Positions 51,117 through 64,000 are shown, counted from the first letter of the stretch. The stretch: 64,000 nucleotides of DNA from Mobula hypostoma (GCF_963921235.1 NC_086109.1:7256001-7320000), one strand, 5' to 3'. Program-made: numbers and translations. The notes: generated from the letters alone by a model not told the origin.

Positions 51117-51700
51117 GTTGTATTGAGAGCATCCTGAGCAGCTGCATCACTGCCTGGTTCGGGAATTGCACCATCTCTGATCGCAAGATCCTGCAGCGGA
51201 TAGTGAGGTCAGCTGAGAAGATCATCGGGGTCTCTCTTCCCATCATTAGAGTCATTTACACCACACGCTGCATCCGTAAAGCAAACAGAATTATGAAGGA
51301 CCCCACACACCCCTCATACCAACTCTTCTCCCTCCTGTCATCTGGCAAAAGGCACCGAAGTATTCAGGCTCTCACGACCAGAGTATGTAACAGTTTCTTC
51401 CCCCAAGTCATCAGGCTTCTCAATACCCAGAGCCTGGCTTGACACCAGCCTACTGCCCTCCACTGTGCCTATTGTCTTGTTTATTATTTATTGTAATGCC
51501 TGCACTGTTTTGTGCACTTTATGCAGTCCTGGGTAGGTCTGTGGTCTAGTGTAGTTTTGTGTTGTTTTACATAGTTCAGAGTAGTTTTTGTATTGTTCAT
51601 GTAGCACCATGGTCCTGAAAAATGTTGTCTCATTTTTACTGTGTACTGTACCAGCAGTTATGGTCGAAATGACAATAAAAAGTGACTTGACTTGACTTGT
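51117..51700 (+). mobile_element. Rex1/Babar LINE 3' end
   Basis: MRSAEKIIGVSLP...RIMKDPTHPSYQLFSLLSSGKR...NSFFPQVIRLLN; tail gacaataaaaagt(gactt)n. Confidence 0.9.
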
Positions 51701-51839
51701 CTTGACATACAATCAGAAAATAATATTTGCACAAGTCCCTGAGTGGCAAGGCCTGAAGATTGATGGTGCATGGGACGTTGTGCTGAAGCCATGTTTCCAT
51801 AGGTATAAGCACGCAGCAGTTGCTCATCTCAAGCTGGGT

Positions 51840-52410
51840 CATAAGACCATAAGACCTAGGAGCAGATTTAGGTTATTCATCCCATCAAGTCTGCTCTGCC
51901 ATTCCACCATGACTGATTTATTATCCCTCCCAACCTCACTCTCCTGACTTCTCCCTGTAACCTTTGAAGCCTGATTAACCAAGAATCTATGAAACGTCAC
52001 CTTAAATATACCCAATGACACGGCCCGCACAGCTGTCTGTGACTATGAATTCCTCAATTTCATCACCCATTGGCTAAAGAAATTCCTTCTTATCTCTGTT
52101 CAAAATGGACGTCCCTCAATTGTGAGGCTGTGCCCTCTGGCTTTGGATTCCTCCACTATAGGAAGCATCCTCTCCGTATCCACTCTCTCAAGGCCTTTCA
52201 CTTTTTGAGAGGTTTCAATGAGGTCCCCTCTCATTCTTCTACACTCCAGTGAGTACAGGCCAAGAGCCATCAAATGCACCTCATACATTAACCCTTTCAC
52301 TCTCGTGAACCTCCATTGGACACTCTCCAATGCCAGCATATCTTAGCTAAGGGGCCCAAATCTGCTGACAATACTCCAAATACGGTCTTACCAGTCCTTT
52401 ATACAGCCTC
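51840..52410 (-). mobile_element. CR1 3' end
   Basis: LGLYSLECRRMRGDLIET...ARGHSL; (cataagac)n tail. Confidence 0.85.
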
Positions 52411-53954
52411 GGCACAAGAGTCAGTCGCAGACGTAGGGAGCAAACACTGGGGGGCAGTATTGAGGTGGGGGAGCTGGCCAACAGGGGATGGGCTTTTAAC
52501 TTAGCATGGATTTCAATGTGCTTTCACACCGCTTCCTTGCCTCCTCCCCTGGGTGGCTCCAACAGGTGTCACCGTGGCAAGATGGCCTGGTCCATGCAAT
52601 AACCCAAGGCGACGCAGCTACGAAGTTCTCAGTCTCTCTAATGAACCAGGCTTACAATATTTGTATTATTAATGTCCAAACGGGTCTTGCATTCAAAAGA
52701 AAAAATGTGCAAGCCCAGCACTTCCACCATTTGTCCACGTTGCTGCGTTTCTGGTTTCTCTCACCCTGCTCCCAGAGCCTCCTCCCCTGGGTGACTGCAA
52801 CAGGTGATGCCTCAGTATGAGGACCTGGAGGGTCTCGACTGAATTTCCTTCCCTTTTGCTCATTGTGATCGGGCTGAGTCCTCTGTGCCATCAGCAGAGA
52901 ACAAGCAGAGATTCCGAAACCCAACCCTCCCACTGCGGGGTGGAAGCTACGGGTCACACCCGTCAAACTTCCCTGATGCTCTCCTGAACCTGATTCATGT
53001 CCGAGAGTGTCCGTAGTCATCGTGAATCATTGCATGGGACAAACAGAAATTGGACGGGTACGTTACCTCTAGGAGCACAGGGAAAGACGACTAGGAGTCA
53101 CTGCTCTTTCAATGTGGATCCAGTGGCCTCACTTTGTGCTGTAGAAACCAGTGGTCCTAAGTGCATATGGGATTGCAATGCATGTCTACCACAGTCCTTG
53201 AAGTACAGGCATGTGACAATGGCTGGGAGCTCTTGACATGTCCCGAAGAAGGACTTTCTGGCCAATGTGCAACGATGCATAGTCATTGTTCACAAAGTCC
53301 CTGAAGTTTCTGAAGTGGTTCTCGGAATGAAGGTCAGCAACTGGCCAGTCAACTTTAACCCTGCAGCCCAGGAGAGTCAAAGCCAAAGTATGTCCCCTCC
53401 CCTGGTGTTCGTGAAAATGGACATTTCAGAGGATCCAGTCCAGTCCCAATATATCGATGCAATCACTAAAAAGGCATGAAAGGAGCTATACGTCATAAGG
53501 AATTTGAGGTGAGTCACCAGAGACTCCAGCAAATTTCTAAAGACATACACAGTGGAGAGCGTTCTGACTGGTTGCATGAGAGTCTGGATTGGAGGCTCCA
53601 ATATACAGGATCAAAGGAAGCTGGAGGGTTGTAGACTCAGCCAGATCTCTCACTAGCACAACCCTCCCCACCATCCGAGACATCTTCAACAGGCAGTGCT
53701 TCAAGAAGACGGCATCCATCATTAAGGTCCTTCTGGAATATGCCCACGTCTCATCTCTATCGTCAACGACCATGATATATAAGAGTAAGATTGGGGTACT
53801 TGGCCCAATGTGTATGCTCCCCCATTCAATCGTGCCTGATTTATTTTCCCATTCTCCTTCCTTCTCCCCATAACCTTCGATGTCCTTACTAACCAATAGC
53901 ATAACAACCTCCACTTTAAATATACGCAAGAGGAGGTATATGAGCCTGAAGATA

Positions 53955-54650
53955 GTTACTGCCAGTTACACCGCTGGCGTTTAGGGCAGCACTGAAGGTC
54001 CTTCATCTCTGTCTGTCCTTGGCCATCTTCTCTATTGTGCCCCAGGTGTGGTTCAGTGTCCTCATTTCTGTTCCTATGGAACAGCGCCAAGTTGTCTTTG
54101 GTCTCCTGCATTTTCTCCACCCTGCAGAGTGTCCAATAAAGTGCTGCCTTGATGATGGAGTTGGCCTCTCTTCTCATTACATGTCCAATCCATCTCCAAC
54201 TTTTCCCCATGATGATTGTGGCCATGTCCTCTTGGTGACACTGAAGGAGAAGGGTGTGGTTGGAGATCTTTCTTGGCCAGAAGATACAGAGGATCTTCTG
54301 AAGGTTCAGGGTGTGGAATGACAATGGCTTGGCGAGGTCATTCCCTGTCATGTACAAGCATTCTGACCCTACAAGAGTGTGGACAGAACACAGGTCTGGT
54401 ACAGCTTCACTTTAGTGTGGACTCTGTAGTTGGCTGATCCCCATATGCTGCACAATCATGTTCAATCGCTTCCCTTTCCGCCTGACTCTCATCAGCCTAC
54501 CGTTGATTGGTTTCCACTCCAGCAAGCACTTCTCAATGCCTTTCTTCAAAAATGACAGCTACGCCATCATGATGCTGAGCATCAACCCTCCCTGAACGTC
54601 AAACTATTCCACCAGTTGCTGCCGTTAGTCTGCCAGACCCTGTAGGAGGC
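53955..54650 (-). mobile_element. RTE-clade LINE 3' fragment
   Basis: LQKILCIFWPRKISN...WRWIGHVMRREANSIIKAALYWT; imperfect TSD gcctgaaga / gcttgaaga. Confidence 0.85.
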
Positions 54651-54694
54651 TTGAAGACTCACACTCAGTGATGCAGGAACAACTTCTTCCCCTC

Positions 54695-55190
54695 ACTATA
54701 GGAAGGATGTGGAAGCATTGGAAAGGGTACAGAGGAGATTCACCAGGATGCTGCCTGGTTTAGAGAGCATGCATTATGATCAGAGATTAAGGGAGCTAGG
54801 GCTTTACTCTTTGGAGAGAAGGAGGATGAGAGGAGACATGATAGAGGTGTACAAGCTAATAAGAGGAATAGATAGAGTGGACAGCCAGCGCCTCTTCCCC
54901 AGGGCACCACTGCTCAATACAAGAGGACATGGCTTTAAGGTAAGGGGTGGGAAGTTCAAGGGGGATATTAGAGGAAGGTTTTTTACTCAGGGAGTGGTTG
55001 GTACGTGGAATGCACTGCCTGAGTCAGTGGTGGAGGCAGGTACACTAGTGAAGTTTAAGAGACTACTAGACAGGTATATGGAGGAATTTAAGGTGGGGGT
55101 GTTATATGGGAGGCAGGGTTTGAGGGTCGGCACAACATTGTGGGCCGAAGGGCCTGTACTGTGCTGTACTATTCTATGCTCTATGTTCTA
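54695..55190 (+). mobile_element. CR1 3' end (young, long open frame)
   Basis: ORF 54709-55257 EALERVQRRFTRMLPGL...; (ctatgtt) tail. Confidence 0.9.
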
Positions 55191-56577
55191 CCATCAGATT
55201 TCTGAATGGACACTGAACACCACCTTTTGCATGACTTACTTATCTTTTAACTTATAACAAAGTTTTGTCTCGCACTATACTGGTGCAATAAAATAAGAAA
55301 TTTCATATTATATGTTAGGGATAATAAACCTTTTTAAAAATTTATTCATTTGTGGGATGTGGGCGTCGCCTCCTAAGCCAGCATTTATTGCCCATCCCTG
55401 GTTGCCCCTGTTGCCCTGATTCTGTTGGAGAACAGCCATCTCAGGGGAGAATGTGTGAGAAAGTCTTGGCTGACTCTGGTGTAGCTCCATATTCGCCATC
55501 GTTCCCTCTCAGTGCAGTGGTGTAAGACTGACTTGGGTTTATTGTCTCTGGATGGAGCATCAATTGTCCAGTCCAGGGCAGGACTCACAGCAAATGAGGA
55601 CGCACAAAGCGGCATTGAGCTTTGGGCCAAAAATTCAAAGATAGAAGCCTTCAGCAGATGCTGGAGATCTGCAGCATAAAACCTAAATTGCACGAAAACA
55701 GCAGCAGAGCCTCTCTAGAATTTTCTCTGTGAGCTTCAGTCCAAGTTTTTGGAGGTTAGCGCTGAGAAAAATGTGGACTAGTGTACTTGAACAACTGAAG
55801 CAATGAACCAGTGCATCTTCAGGCATTTCTTAAGTTCCGTGCTAATGTCAAAACCATCCTGTGTGTTCTTCATGCCTTCCACCGCGTCGCCGTCAGGGCG
55901 TAACAGGAGGCAAGAGCTGAGACAGTGAAGCAACTGAGAGCCAGATCCCACAGCACAGACTCATCTGCCAAATGTCTGTTGCGATTTCTTTAAAAAAAAC
56001 AAAACTGCGTTTGAAATTACACTGTTTTTATAAAGGAACTGAAAGCAAAATGCTTAATGAAAAGAGGAATGATTTATTCCAACACTGAAATCCAGTAAAA
56101 TTGGATTGCGTTTGCAGTGTATAAATGTGCAAATTATTACCCATATTACTGAGTCACAATCAAAATCAGGTTTACTTTCGCTAAAGTATGTCTTGGAATT
56201 TGCTGTTTTGTGGCAGCTGTACAGAGCAATACATAAAATAATCTCTGTACATTAGATAAGAAATAAAACAAACAATTAAATATAGCATACAGAGAGCTAA
56301 ATGGTGAGGTGGAGTTCGTGGCTTCATGGCCCGCTCAGAAATCTGACGGTGGAGGGGAAGAAACTGTTCCTAAAATGTTGAGTTTGTGTCTTCAAGTTCA
56401 AGTTTAATTATCATTCAACTCTGCCCATGGACACAGCCAAATGAAACAGCATCACAGTGTCTCAGGCTCCTGCACCTTTTCCCTGATTGTCGTCATGAGA
56501 AGAAGGCACGTCCTGGATAGTGAGAGTCCTTAATGCTGAATGCTGTCTTCCTGAGGCATCGCCTGTTGAAGATGTCC

Positions 56578-57125
56578 ACAAGACCATAAGACATGGGAGC
56601 GTAATTAAGCCATTTGGCCCATCGAGTCTGCTCTGTCATTCCATCATGGCTGATTTATTATCCCTCTCAACCCCATTCTCCTGCCTTCACTCCATAACCT
56701 TTGAAGCCCCGACTGATCAAGAACCTCTGAAACCCCATGTTAAGTATACTCAATTCCACAGATTCACTGCCTCTGGCTAAGGATATTCCTCTTCAACTCT
56801 GTTCTAAATGGACGTCCCTCTATTCTCAGTCTGTGCCCTCTGGTCCTTGACTAATCCACCGTGGAAAACATTCTCGCCACATCCTCTTTATCTAGACTTT
56901 TCACTATTCAATAGATTTCAAGGAAATCCTCCCTCATTCTTCTTAAGACTCCAGAAAGCCATCAAGCGCTCCTCATACGTTAACCCCTTCATTCCAGGAA
57001 TCATTCTCGTGAACCTCCTCTAGACCTTTTCCTGTGCCAGCACATCTTTCCTCATGTAAGGGACCCAAAATACACAAAGTGCTATCTGACCAATGCCTTA
57101 TAAAGCCTCATCATTACATCCTTGC
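56578..57125 (-). mobile_element. CR1 3' end
   Basis: Same subfamily features as 51840-52410. Confidence 0.75.
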
Positions 57126-57629
57126 CCTTACAGGCAGCAGGGGGAACTGAACACCGGTCGCCTGTACTGTGAAGCGTTGTGCTATCCACTATGCAATGTG
57201 CTGCCCAAACCCATTAACACTATCTCACTGTTCTTCTTTATGCACTATTCACTAATTTATTGATTGATTGTTTGTAACTTAATGCTGAGCAACACCTTAT
57301 TTACTAATCAGACTGGTTTTATGTGATTGCCTATTTTTAATTCCTTCCTTCATTATTTATTGAAAAGTTGACATGCATTTTGATTTCTTCATGTGATCAG
57401 GGAAATGTTTTGCCCAATGACGTGGACTTCGGTTTCTTGATCTCCTGATTAAATTATTCATGTTTTCATTTGGTTTCCAAAATCCGATTGGATTGAGAAG
57501 TTGAATCTTTGATATCTTCCAAAGACACATCCCAAAGTACCTCTGTCCTTGTTCAGAATCAGCATTGTTAATTAAGGTATTTTGGTGTTGTATAAACTAG
57601 AGGGCTGCACAGAAAATATTCTCAATGAT

Positions 57630-58245
57630 GTTCAAGTTCAAAGTTCACAGTACATTTTATTATGAGGGCACCATCTACAACCCTTAGATTCATTTTCTTG
57701 TGGGCATACCTCAACAAATTTATTGAATAATAACTATAACAGAATCCATCAAAGATCTCCCAACTTGGGCGTTCAACCAGAGTGCAGAAGACAACAAACT
57801 GTGCAAATAGAAAAAGAGGAAGCAAAAATAATAAATAAATATTCAGTAAATATCAAGACCAAGAGATGAAGAGTCTTTGAAAGTTGAGTCCATTGGTTGT
57901 GGAATATTTCAGTGATGGGGCAAGTGAAGTTGAGTGAGATCCTGATGGTTGAGGGGTAATAACTGTCCCTGAAGCTGGTGGTGCGAATCCTGAGTATCTT
58001 GTACCTTCATCCTGATGGCAGCAACAAGAAGCGAACGTGCCCTAGGTGCTGGGGGTCTCTGATGGTGGAAGCTGCTTTCCTGCGACAGCGTTTGATGTCG
58101 ATGTACTCAATGGTTGGGAGGACTTAGCCCGTGATGGACTTACTTTATCCACCATTTTTTGTAGGATTTTCCATTCAGAGACACTGGTGTTTCCATACCA
58201 GGCCATGATGCAGCCAGACAATACATTCTCCACTACACATCTATA
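57630..58245 (-). mobile_element. Rex1/Babar 3' end
   Basis: ENVLSGCIMAWYGNTSVSEWKILQKMVD; (gttcaa)n tail. Confidence 0.85.
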
Positions 58246-59521
58246 GAATATTTTGTGAGAACTGGAGGACTTGTGTTATAAGGAGAGGCTGGCAAGGTGT
58301 GGTTCTTTTCCTGGAGTGACTGGAACTGAGGGGTGACCTCATAGTGATTTATAAAATCCCGAGGACTTCGATAAGATGGAAAGCAATGATTAACCTACTA
58401 ACCTTCAAACCAAATCACCTTTGGTATGTGGTAGGAAAATGGAACACACAGAGGAAATTGTTTTGGTCATGGGGAGAATGTATAAACTCCTTACAAAACA
58501 ATGATGGCAATTGAACCAGGGTCAATAATGCTGTAAAACATTATGCCTACTGGTAAGCTACCATTGCTGCCCATGTCTGAGTGTCTGGGCAATACAAATC
58601 TGGGAAGGAGTAGGAGCTGTGAGGAGGAGGAAGGAGATTCCTTTTAATGGAATGGCTGACGACATGTTCAAAGGCAGAAGAGGGACTGCAGATGCTGGAA
58701 ATCTAGAGCAATGCACGCAAAGTGCTGGAAGGGCTCAGCAAGTCAGGCAGCATCTATGCATGGGAGTAAACACTTGACGTTTCAGGCCAGACCCTTTATC
58801 AGAAATCAGGAACATACTTGTGGGTGATCGCTGTCTTTCTAGGACCATGATTGTTCTTGGCAAATTTTTCTGCAGAAGTGGTTTGACACTGCCTTCTTCT
58901 GGGCTGTGTCTTAACAAGACAGGCGTCCCCAGCCATTATCAATATTCTTCAGAGAATGCCTGGTGTCAGTGGTCGCATAAGCAGGACTTGTGATACGCAC
59001 CAGCTGCTCCCGTGGCTTCACATGACCCTGATCGGTGGGGGGTTGGGTGTGCACCTTGCCCAAGGGTGACCTCTGGGCAAGCAGAGGGAAAGAGGGCCAT
59101 GCACCTCCTTTGGTAGAGACGTATCTCCACCTCCCCAACCATGAAGACATGGAAGCTAGAACAGATGGGATCATCCAGAGGGGAAACTGAAGGACAGTGG
59201 ATGAATCTTTAAGAGGAGATGTCAGAGGTAGGTTTTTTTTACACAGAGAGTGGTAAGTGCCTGGCTCGTGCTGCTTGGGGTAGAGGCAGATACATTAGGG
59301 GAACTTAAGAGACATATGGATGTAAGAAAAATGGAAGGCTACCTATATGGGAGGGAAGAGTTAAACTGATCTTGGAGTAAGTTCAGTCAGCACAATATTG
59401 CGGGCCAAAAGGCCTGTACTGTGCTGTACTGTTCTATGTTCTATAGTTTTAAGTAACTGCATGTATTAATAAATAACCTGCACAATGTTTTATATGGATG
59501 TTTTGCCATAATCCTGTGTGC

Positions 59522-59601
59522 CAAGGGTTCCTAACCTTTTTTATGCCATGGACCGATACCATTAAGCAAGGGGTCCGTGCAGCCTAGGTTGGGAACCTCT
59601 G
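59522..59601. mobile_element. hAT-like MITE (copy of 2587-2667, opposite orientation)
   Basis: TIRs caagggttcctaac / gttgggaacctctg; degenerate 8-bp TSD ctgtgtgc / ctctatgc. Confidence 0.7.
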
Positions 59602-60027
59602 CTCTATGCTTTCCAACCTACGCAGTTAAATAAGATTCAGATAAATCTTGCGTGACAAACTGAAATATTTATCCACACTCAACTTCAACATCACCACATT
59701 TGGTTGATGACGGCAATGGCATTTCAAAGTCAGCTGCTCCAAAAATCTAATGGCAGAAGATTTACAAATTTTCTCCAACAATCCCGTGGTTTAATGTCCT
59801 AATTTAGAAATGGAAATGCTCTGTGAATTATCTTGAAAATGAAGGACAGCTTATTTATAAAGGAAAATCTTTCAGCATCACTGTTTGGATACCACTTCGG
59901 GAAATTAATGTAATGACAGTTCTGGGCACTCGGGCAGAACAATTTGTGTAATCAAAACTGAGCAATGCAGACTGAGAATTTAGCACTGAGTTGGGAGAAT
60001 TTCCTCTTCCTCGTAAGATGTTGATAA

Positions 60028-60520
60028 CAATTATAATAATAACTTTATTGATATAGCACCTTTCACACATTAAGATGCAGACTCAAAGTGCATTACATAG
60101 ATTGTAAAGATAAATCAATATAGTCATAAAAACAAGACAAAATTAAAAATCATAAATAAAGGCAAACATTAAATAGAATGAAATGTAATTGAATATACTA
60201 AATAATATAATTATAATCAGCAGGCATTAAGAAATCTTGTAAGTAACCCAATTAAAAATTAGGTTTTTAGAAGTGTTTTGAAACATTCCACAATAATTGC
60301 CTGAGTCACAGTCGGTGGAATATTCGAGATTCTTGGAACAGAAGAGCAAAAGGGCTGCACCACAAATTTTTATACTCTTGGCAGGAACACTAAGCAAACC
60401 AGTATTCGCAGATCTAAGATTACGATTAGGGGAGTAAGAGGATAGACACTCCAAAATATACAGAGGAGTGAGATTACTCACAGGCTTATGTACAACTAAG
60501 ATTATTTTTAAGTTGATCCA
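60028..60520 (-). mobile_element. L2 LINE 3' end
   Basis: Minus peptide INLKIILVVHK..SNLTPLYI...YSPNRNLRSANTGLLSVP; 3' end gcactttgag...gaaaggtgctatatcaataaagttattatt. Confidence 0.8.
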
Positions 60521-60922
60521 ATTTTCTTTCTTTGCAACACACACAAGATGCTGGAGCAACTCATCAGGTCAGGAACATCAATGGCAAAGAGTAAACAGTC
60601 GATGTTTCAGGCTGAGACCTTTCTTCAGGATTTTTTTTCGGTCTAGAGTCTTGTTGCTGCAGTTTGAACAGGTTGTTTTAAGCTTCCCATATTTTCTTGT
60701 GATAGAAAAGGATATCCGAGTTAATTCCAGCTCTCAGAGCAATCCTATCATTTCCATTCCCACATTCAAGTTGTTTGCAGAGGCTGAGAGGAGATTTGAT
60801 GGAGGTTTGTAAGATAATGAGAGGCAGAGATTGACAACCTGTATCTTTTCCCCACGTCTAAAATGTCTAATACACATAAATTGAGAGGTGCAAAGTTCAA
60901 AGGAGATCGACGAGGCAAGTTT

Positions 60923-61093
60923 ACACTCACAACACGCTGGAGAAACTCAGCAGGTCGGGCAGCATCCGTGGAAAAGATTGGCAGGCCCGAAATGTCGACT
61001 GATCTTTTCCACTGATGCTGCCCGACCTGCTGAGTTCCTCCAGCGTGTTGTGAGTGGTGCTTTGACCCCAGCATCTGCAGATTATTTTGACCT
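60923..61093. mobile_element. Palindromic Penelope-tail mini-element inserted in a CR1
   Basis: 14-bp TSD gacgaggcaagttt (60909-60922, 61094-61107); about 55-bp inverted arms 60924-60978 / 61002-61056. Confidence 0.85.
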
Positions 61094-62029
61094 GACGAGG
61101 CAAGTTTTCTTTTATACAGAAAAGTGGGTGCCTGGAATGCACTGCATGGGATGGTGATTTTAGTGGTAGTTAATAGTATTATTCCTAACCTACTCAGTTA
61201 GCTCCTCCCACATGGGAATCTGCCATCCATACAGATCACATTCGTGTATTGAGATAGCCATCATCATCATTATGTGCCATGTCCTGTGACGTGGGCGATC
61301 ATGGTCTTTCCATCACCATGATTGTTCTTGGCAAATTTTTTCTGCAGAAGTGGTTTGCCATCGCCTTCTTCTGGGCAGTGTCTTTACAAGATGGGTGACC
61401 CCAGCCATTATCAATACTCTTCAGAGATTGCCTGGTGTCAGTGGTCACATAACCAGGACTTGTGATCTGCACCAACTGTTCATACGACCACCTGCGCCCG
61501 TGGTTTCACCTGACCCTGATCGGGGGCTAAGCAGGTGCCACACCTTGCCCAAGCTGAACTGCTGACTAGAAGAGGGAAGGAGCACCTTACACCTCCTTTG
61601 GTAGAGACGTATCTCCACCCCACCACCTAATTGAGTTAGTACAAAGGGGAAAACAATAACAGAATGCAGAATAAAGTGTTACAGTCACAGAGAAGGTGCA
61701 GTACAGGCAGACAATAAGGTGCAAGGTCATGACAAGGTAGAAAGAGAGATCAGGAGTTCACTTTTATTGTTTATAAAGTCTTTTAATAGTCTGAAAGCAG
61801 TAGGATAGAAGCTGTCCTTGACCCTGGCATTCTCAGGTATGTTCTGCCCAGTGAGAGGGGGGAGAAAAGACAACATGTGAGATGGGAGGGATACTTCATC
61901 GTGAACACAAGCGATTCTGCAGATGCTGTAAGTCTTGAGCCCTCATGACCACACACTGAGCATGAAAACTTCACACAGTCAGCACCCGTGCTCAGGATTG
62001 AACCTGGGTTACGGAGTTGTGAGTCACAG

Positions 62030-62930
62030 AATCATAGAAAAGTACGGGACAGAAACAGGCCCTTCAGCCCATCTTGTCTGTGCCAAACCATTTAAACTGC
62101 CTACTCCCATTGACCGGCACCTGGACCATAGCCTTCTATGCCCCTGCTATCCCTGTGCCTTCTCTTAAACATTGTTATTCAGGTTTGCAATCTTCATTTT
62201 CGCTGGCATCTCATTTCACATTGTCACCACCCTCTGAGTGAAAATGTTTCTCCTCACGTTCCACTTAAATGTTTCACCTTTCACCCTTAATGTAGTTGTC
62301 ATCTCACCCAGTCTGCTTGAATTTACCCTATCTATACCCCTCATAATTTTGTATACCTCCATCAAATCTCCTCTCAATCTTCTACGTTCCAAGGAATAAA
62401 GTCCGAACCTATTCAATCTTTCCTTATAACTCAGGTTCTCCAGACCCGGTAACATCCTTGTAAATTTTCTATGTACTATTTCAATTTCAACCTTATTTAC
62501 ATCTTTCCTGAGGGTAGGTGACCAAATCTGCACTCAATACTCCAAATTAGTCCTCACCAATGTCTTCCACAACTTCAACATAACATCCTAACTCCTCTAC
62601 TCAATACATTGATCTATAAGGCCAAAGTGCCAAATGCTTTCGTTATGGCCCTATCTAACTGTGATGCCACTTTCAATGAATTATGGACCTGTATTCCCAG
62701 ATCCCTTTGTTCTACCGCACTCCTCAGTGCCCTACCATTCACTGTGTAAGACCTACCCTGGTTGGCCCTACCAAAGTGCAACACCTCACACTTGTCTTTA
62801 TTAAATTCCATCCGCCATTTTTCAGCCCATTTTTCCAGCTGATCCCAATCTTGCTGCAAGCCATGATAGTCTTCCTCACTGTCCACTACATCTTGATGTC
62901 ATCCGCAGATTTACTGATCCAGCTAGCCAC
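62030..62930 (-). mobile_element. CR1 ORF2 fragment with 3' end
   Basis: LEKWAEKWRMEFNKDKCEVLHFGR...; QIWSPTLRKDVNK... Confidence 0.9.
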
Positions 62931-63534
62931 TGAGCAAACTTAGAGTTTTGCTGCACAATCGCAAACGTAACTGTAGCTGTAACAATGAATTGCAACAAGC
63001 CTTGTAATCTTCTAGAACAATTTGCAAACTTAGAGAACTTTAACGCACTCTGTAATTTGTAATGCTCTGTATGAGAACACTTACGTTCTCCAGGGAACAT
63101 GACCACAAAGTTACACAAAACAAGATCCCACAAGCACAAATCAAATGATGTACAACACCAATTCTAGGCATCGGTGGAGAAGAAGACGTTGTGAAGAGTA
63201 CAGCAGTAAAACACAGAAAAATGTTATACACCAACGGCCTGAATTGTTAAGGCTTCATGCCAAATGGTGTTCAATCTCCTTCCCAGAACTTGCTTCAGCT
63301 TGAGTAACTATCCACCTGGGAAGGTTTACTGGAAAGGAAACAACGAACTTATTGTGGAGTCGGCTGTAGCGGGCACACACCACTAACAGGTTGAAAGCTT
63401 GCATGATCCCTCCATAAACATGTGCACTGACATCATACTGACAGGAAAATAAACTCCAGCTGTGGAGATGCTCTTTAGTGCCAAGTATGACTTAATGGGT
63501 CACACTTCAGTCTCTGAGCAGACAGGTTCTTTGT

Positions 63535-64000
63535 CCTGTGACTAGTGGTGTGCCACAGGGATCAGTGCTGGGTCCATTGTTATTTGTCATCTATATCAAT
63601 GATCTGGATGATAATGTGGTAAATTGGATCAGCGAATTTGCTGATGATACAAAGATTGGAGGTGTAGTAGACAGTGAGGAAGGTTTTCAGAGCCTGCAGA
63701 GGGACTTGGACCAGCTGGAAAAATGGGCTGAGAAATGGCAGATTGAGTTTAATACAGACAAGTGTGAGGTATTGCACGTTGGAAGGACAAACCAAGGTAG
63801 AACATACAGGGTTAATGGTAAGGCACTGAGGAGTGCAGTAGAACAGAGGGATCTGGGAATACAGATACAAAATTCCCTAAAAGTGGCGTCACAAGTAGAT
63901 AGGGTCGTAAAGAGAGCTTTTGGTACATTGGCCTTTATTAATCAAAGTATTGAGTATAAGAGCTGGAATGTTATGATGAGGTTGTATAAGGCATTGGTGA
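63535..64000 (+). mobile_element. CR1 ORF2 (RT), 5'-truncated, open frame running off the window
   Basis: Manual translation PVTSGVPQGSVLGPLLFVIYINDLD...FADDTKIGG...KWQIEFNTDKCEVLHVG...RLYKALV with no stops. Confidence 0.93.

Larger units (their letters stand above)
53398..55320 (+). mobile_element. Rex1/Babar fragment split by CR1 (about 53775-53927), RTE (53955-54650) and CR1 (54695-55190)
   Basis: ESVLTGC...VVDSARSLTSTTLPTIRDIFNRQCFKKTASIIK; sequence resumes at aacaacttcttcccctc and ccatcagatttctgaatgg. Confidence 0.7.

Noticed and set aside
52420..53395. Several overlapping short ORFs in GC-moderate sequence
   Set aside because: No recognisable domain or consistent splice signals; probably an unrecognised old repeat or unique non-coding DNA.
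55587..55682. Minus-strand exon candidate (tttag|...|gtgagt)
   Set aside because: No recognisable product, and a stop in the phase compatible with the upstream candidate; splice-like motifs alone are insufficient.

Overview
Eukaryotic, repeat-dominated DNA that is intronic or intergenic. The repeat repertoire (CR1/HER1-like LINEs, HE1/V-SINE-like tRNA SINEs, Rex1/Babar, RTE, L2, Penelope) points to a cartilaginous fish, probably a ray; this is an inference. No host protein-coding gene could be identified with confidence. Main structures: (1) a decayed full-length Gypsy (Mag-like) LTR retrotransposon at 7202-13683, with both LTRs, PBS, PPT and a TTAAC target-site duplication (TSD), inserted in a SINE and itself carrying four younger insertions including a Harbinger derivative; (2) a ~7 kb G-rich 55-bp minisatellite (29030-36057) that expanded inside the 3' region of a Penelope element and produces a spurious 2399-aa ORF; (3) a 1.1 kb complex (CA)n tract; (4) many short Penelope-tail elements, some with their own TSDs and a minimal hammerhead-ribozyme motif (best copy 25900-25933); (5) a composite Tc1-like MITE-flanked insertion; (6) several non-autonomous RTE- and Rex1-dependent elements. 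A few weak minus-strand exon candidates, one signal-peptide-like, are flagged. Family names come from motif recognition, not database searches, and repeat boundaries are approximate unless a TSD is given.
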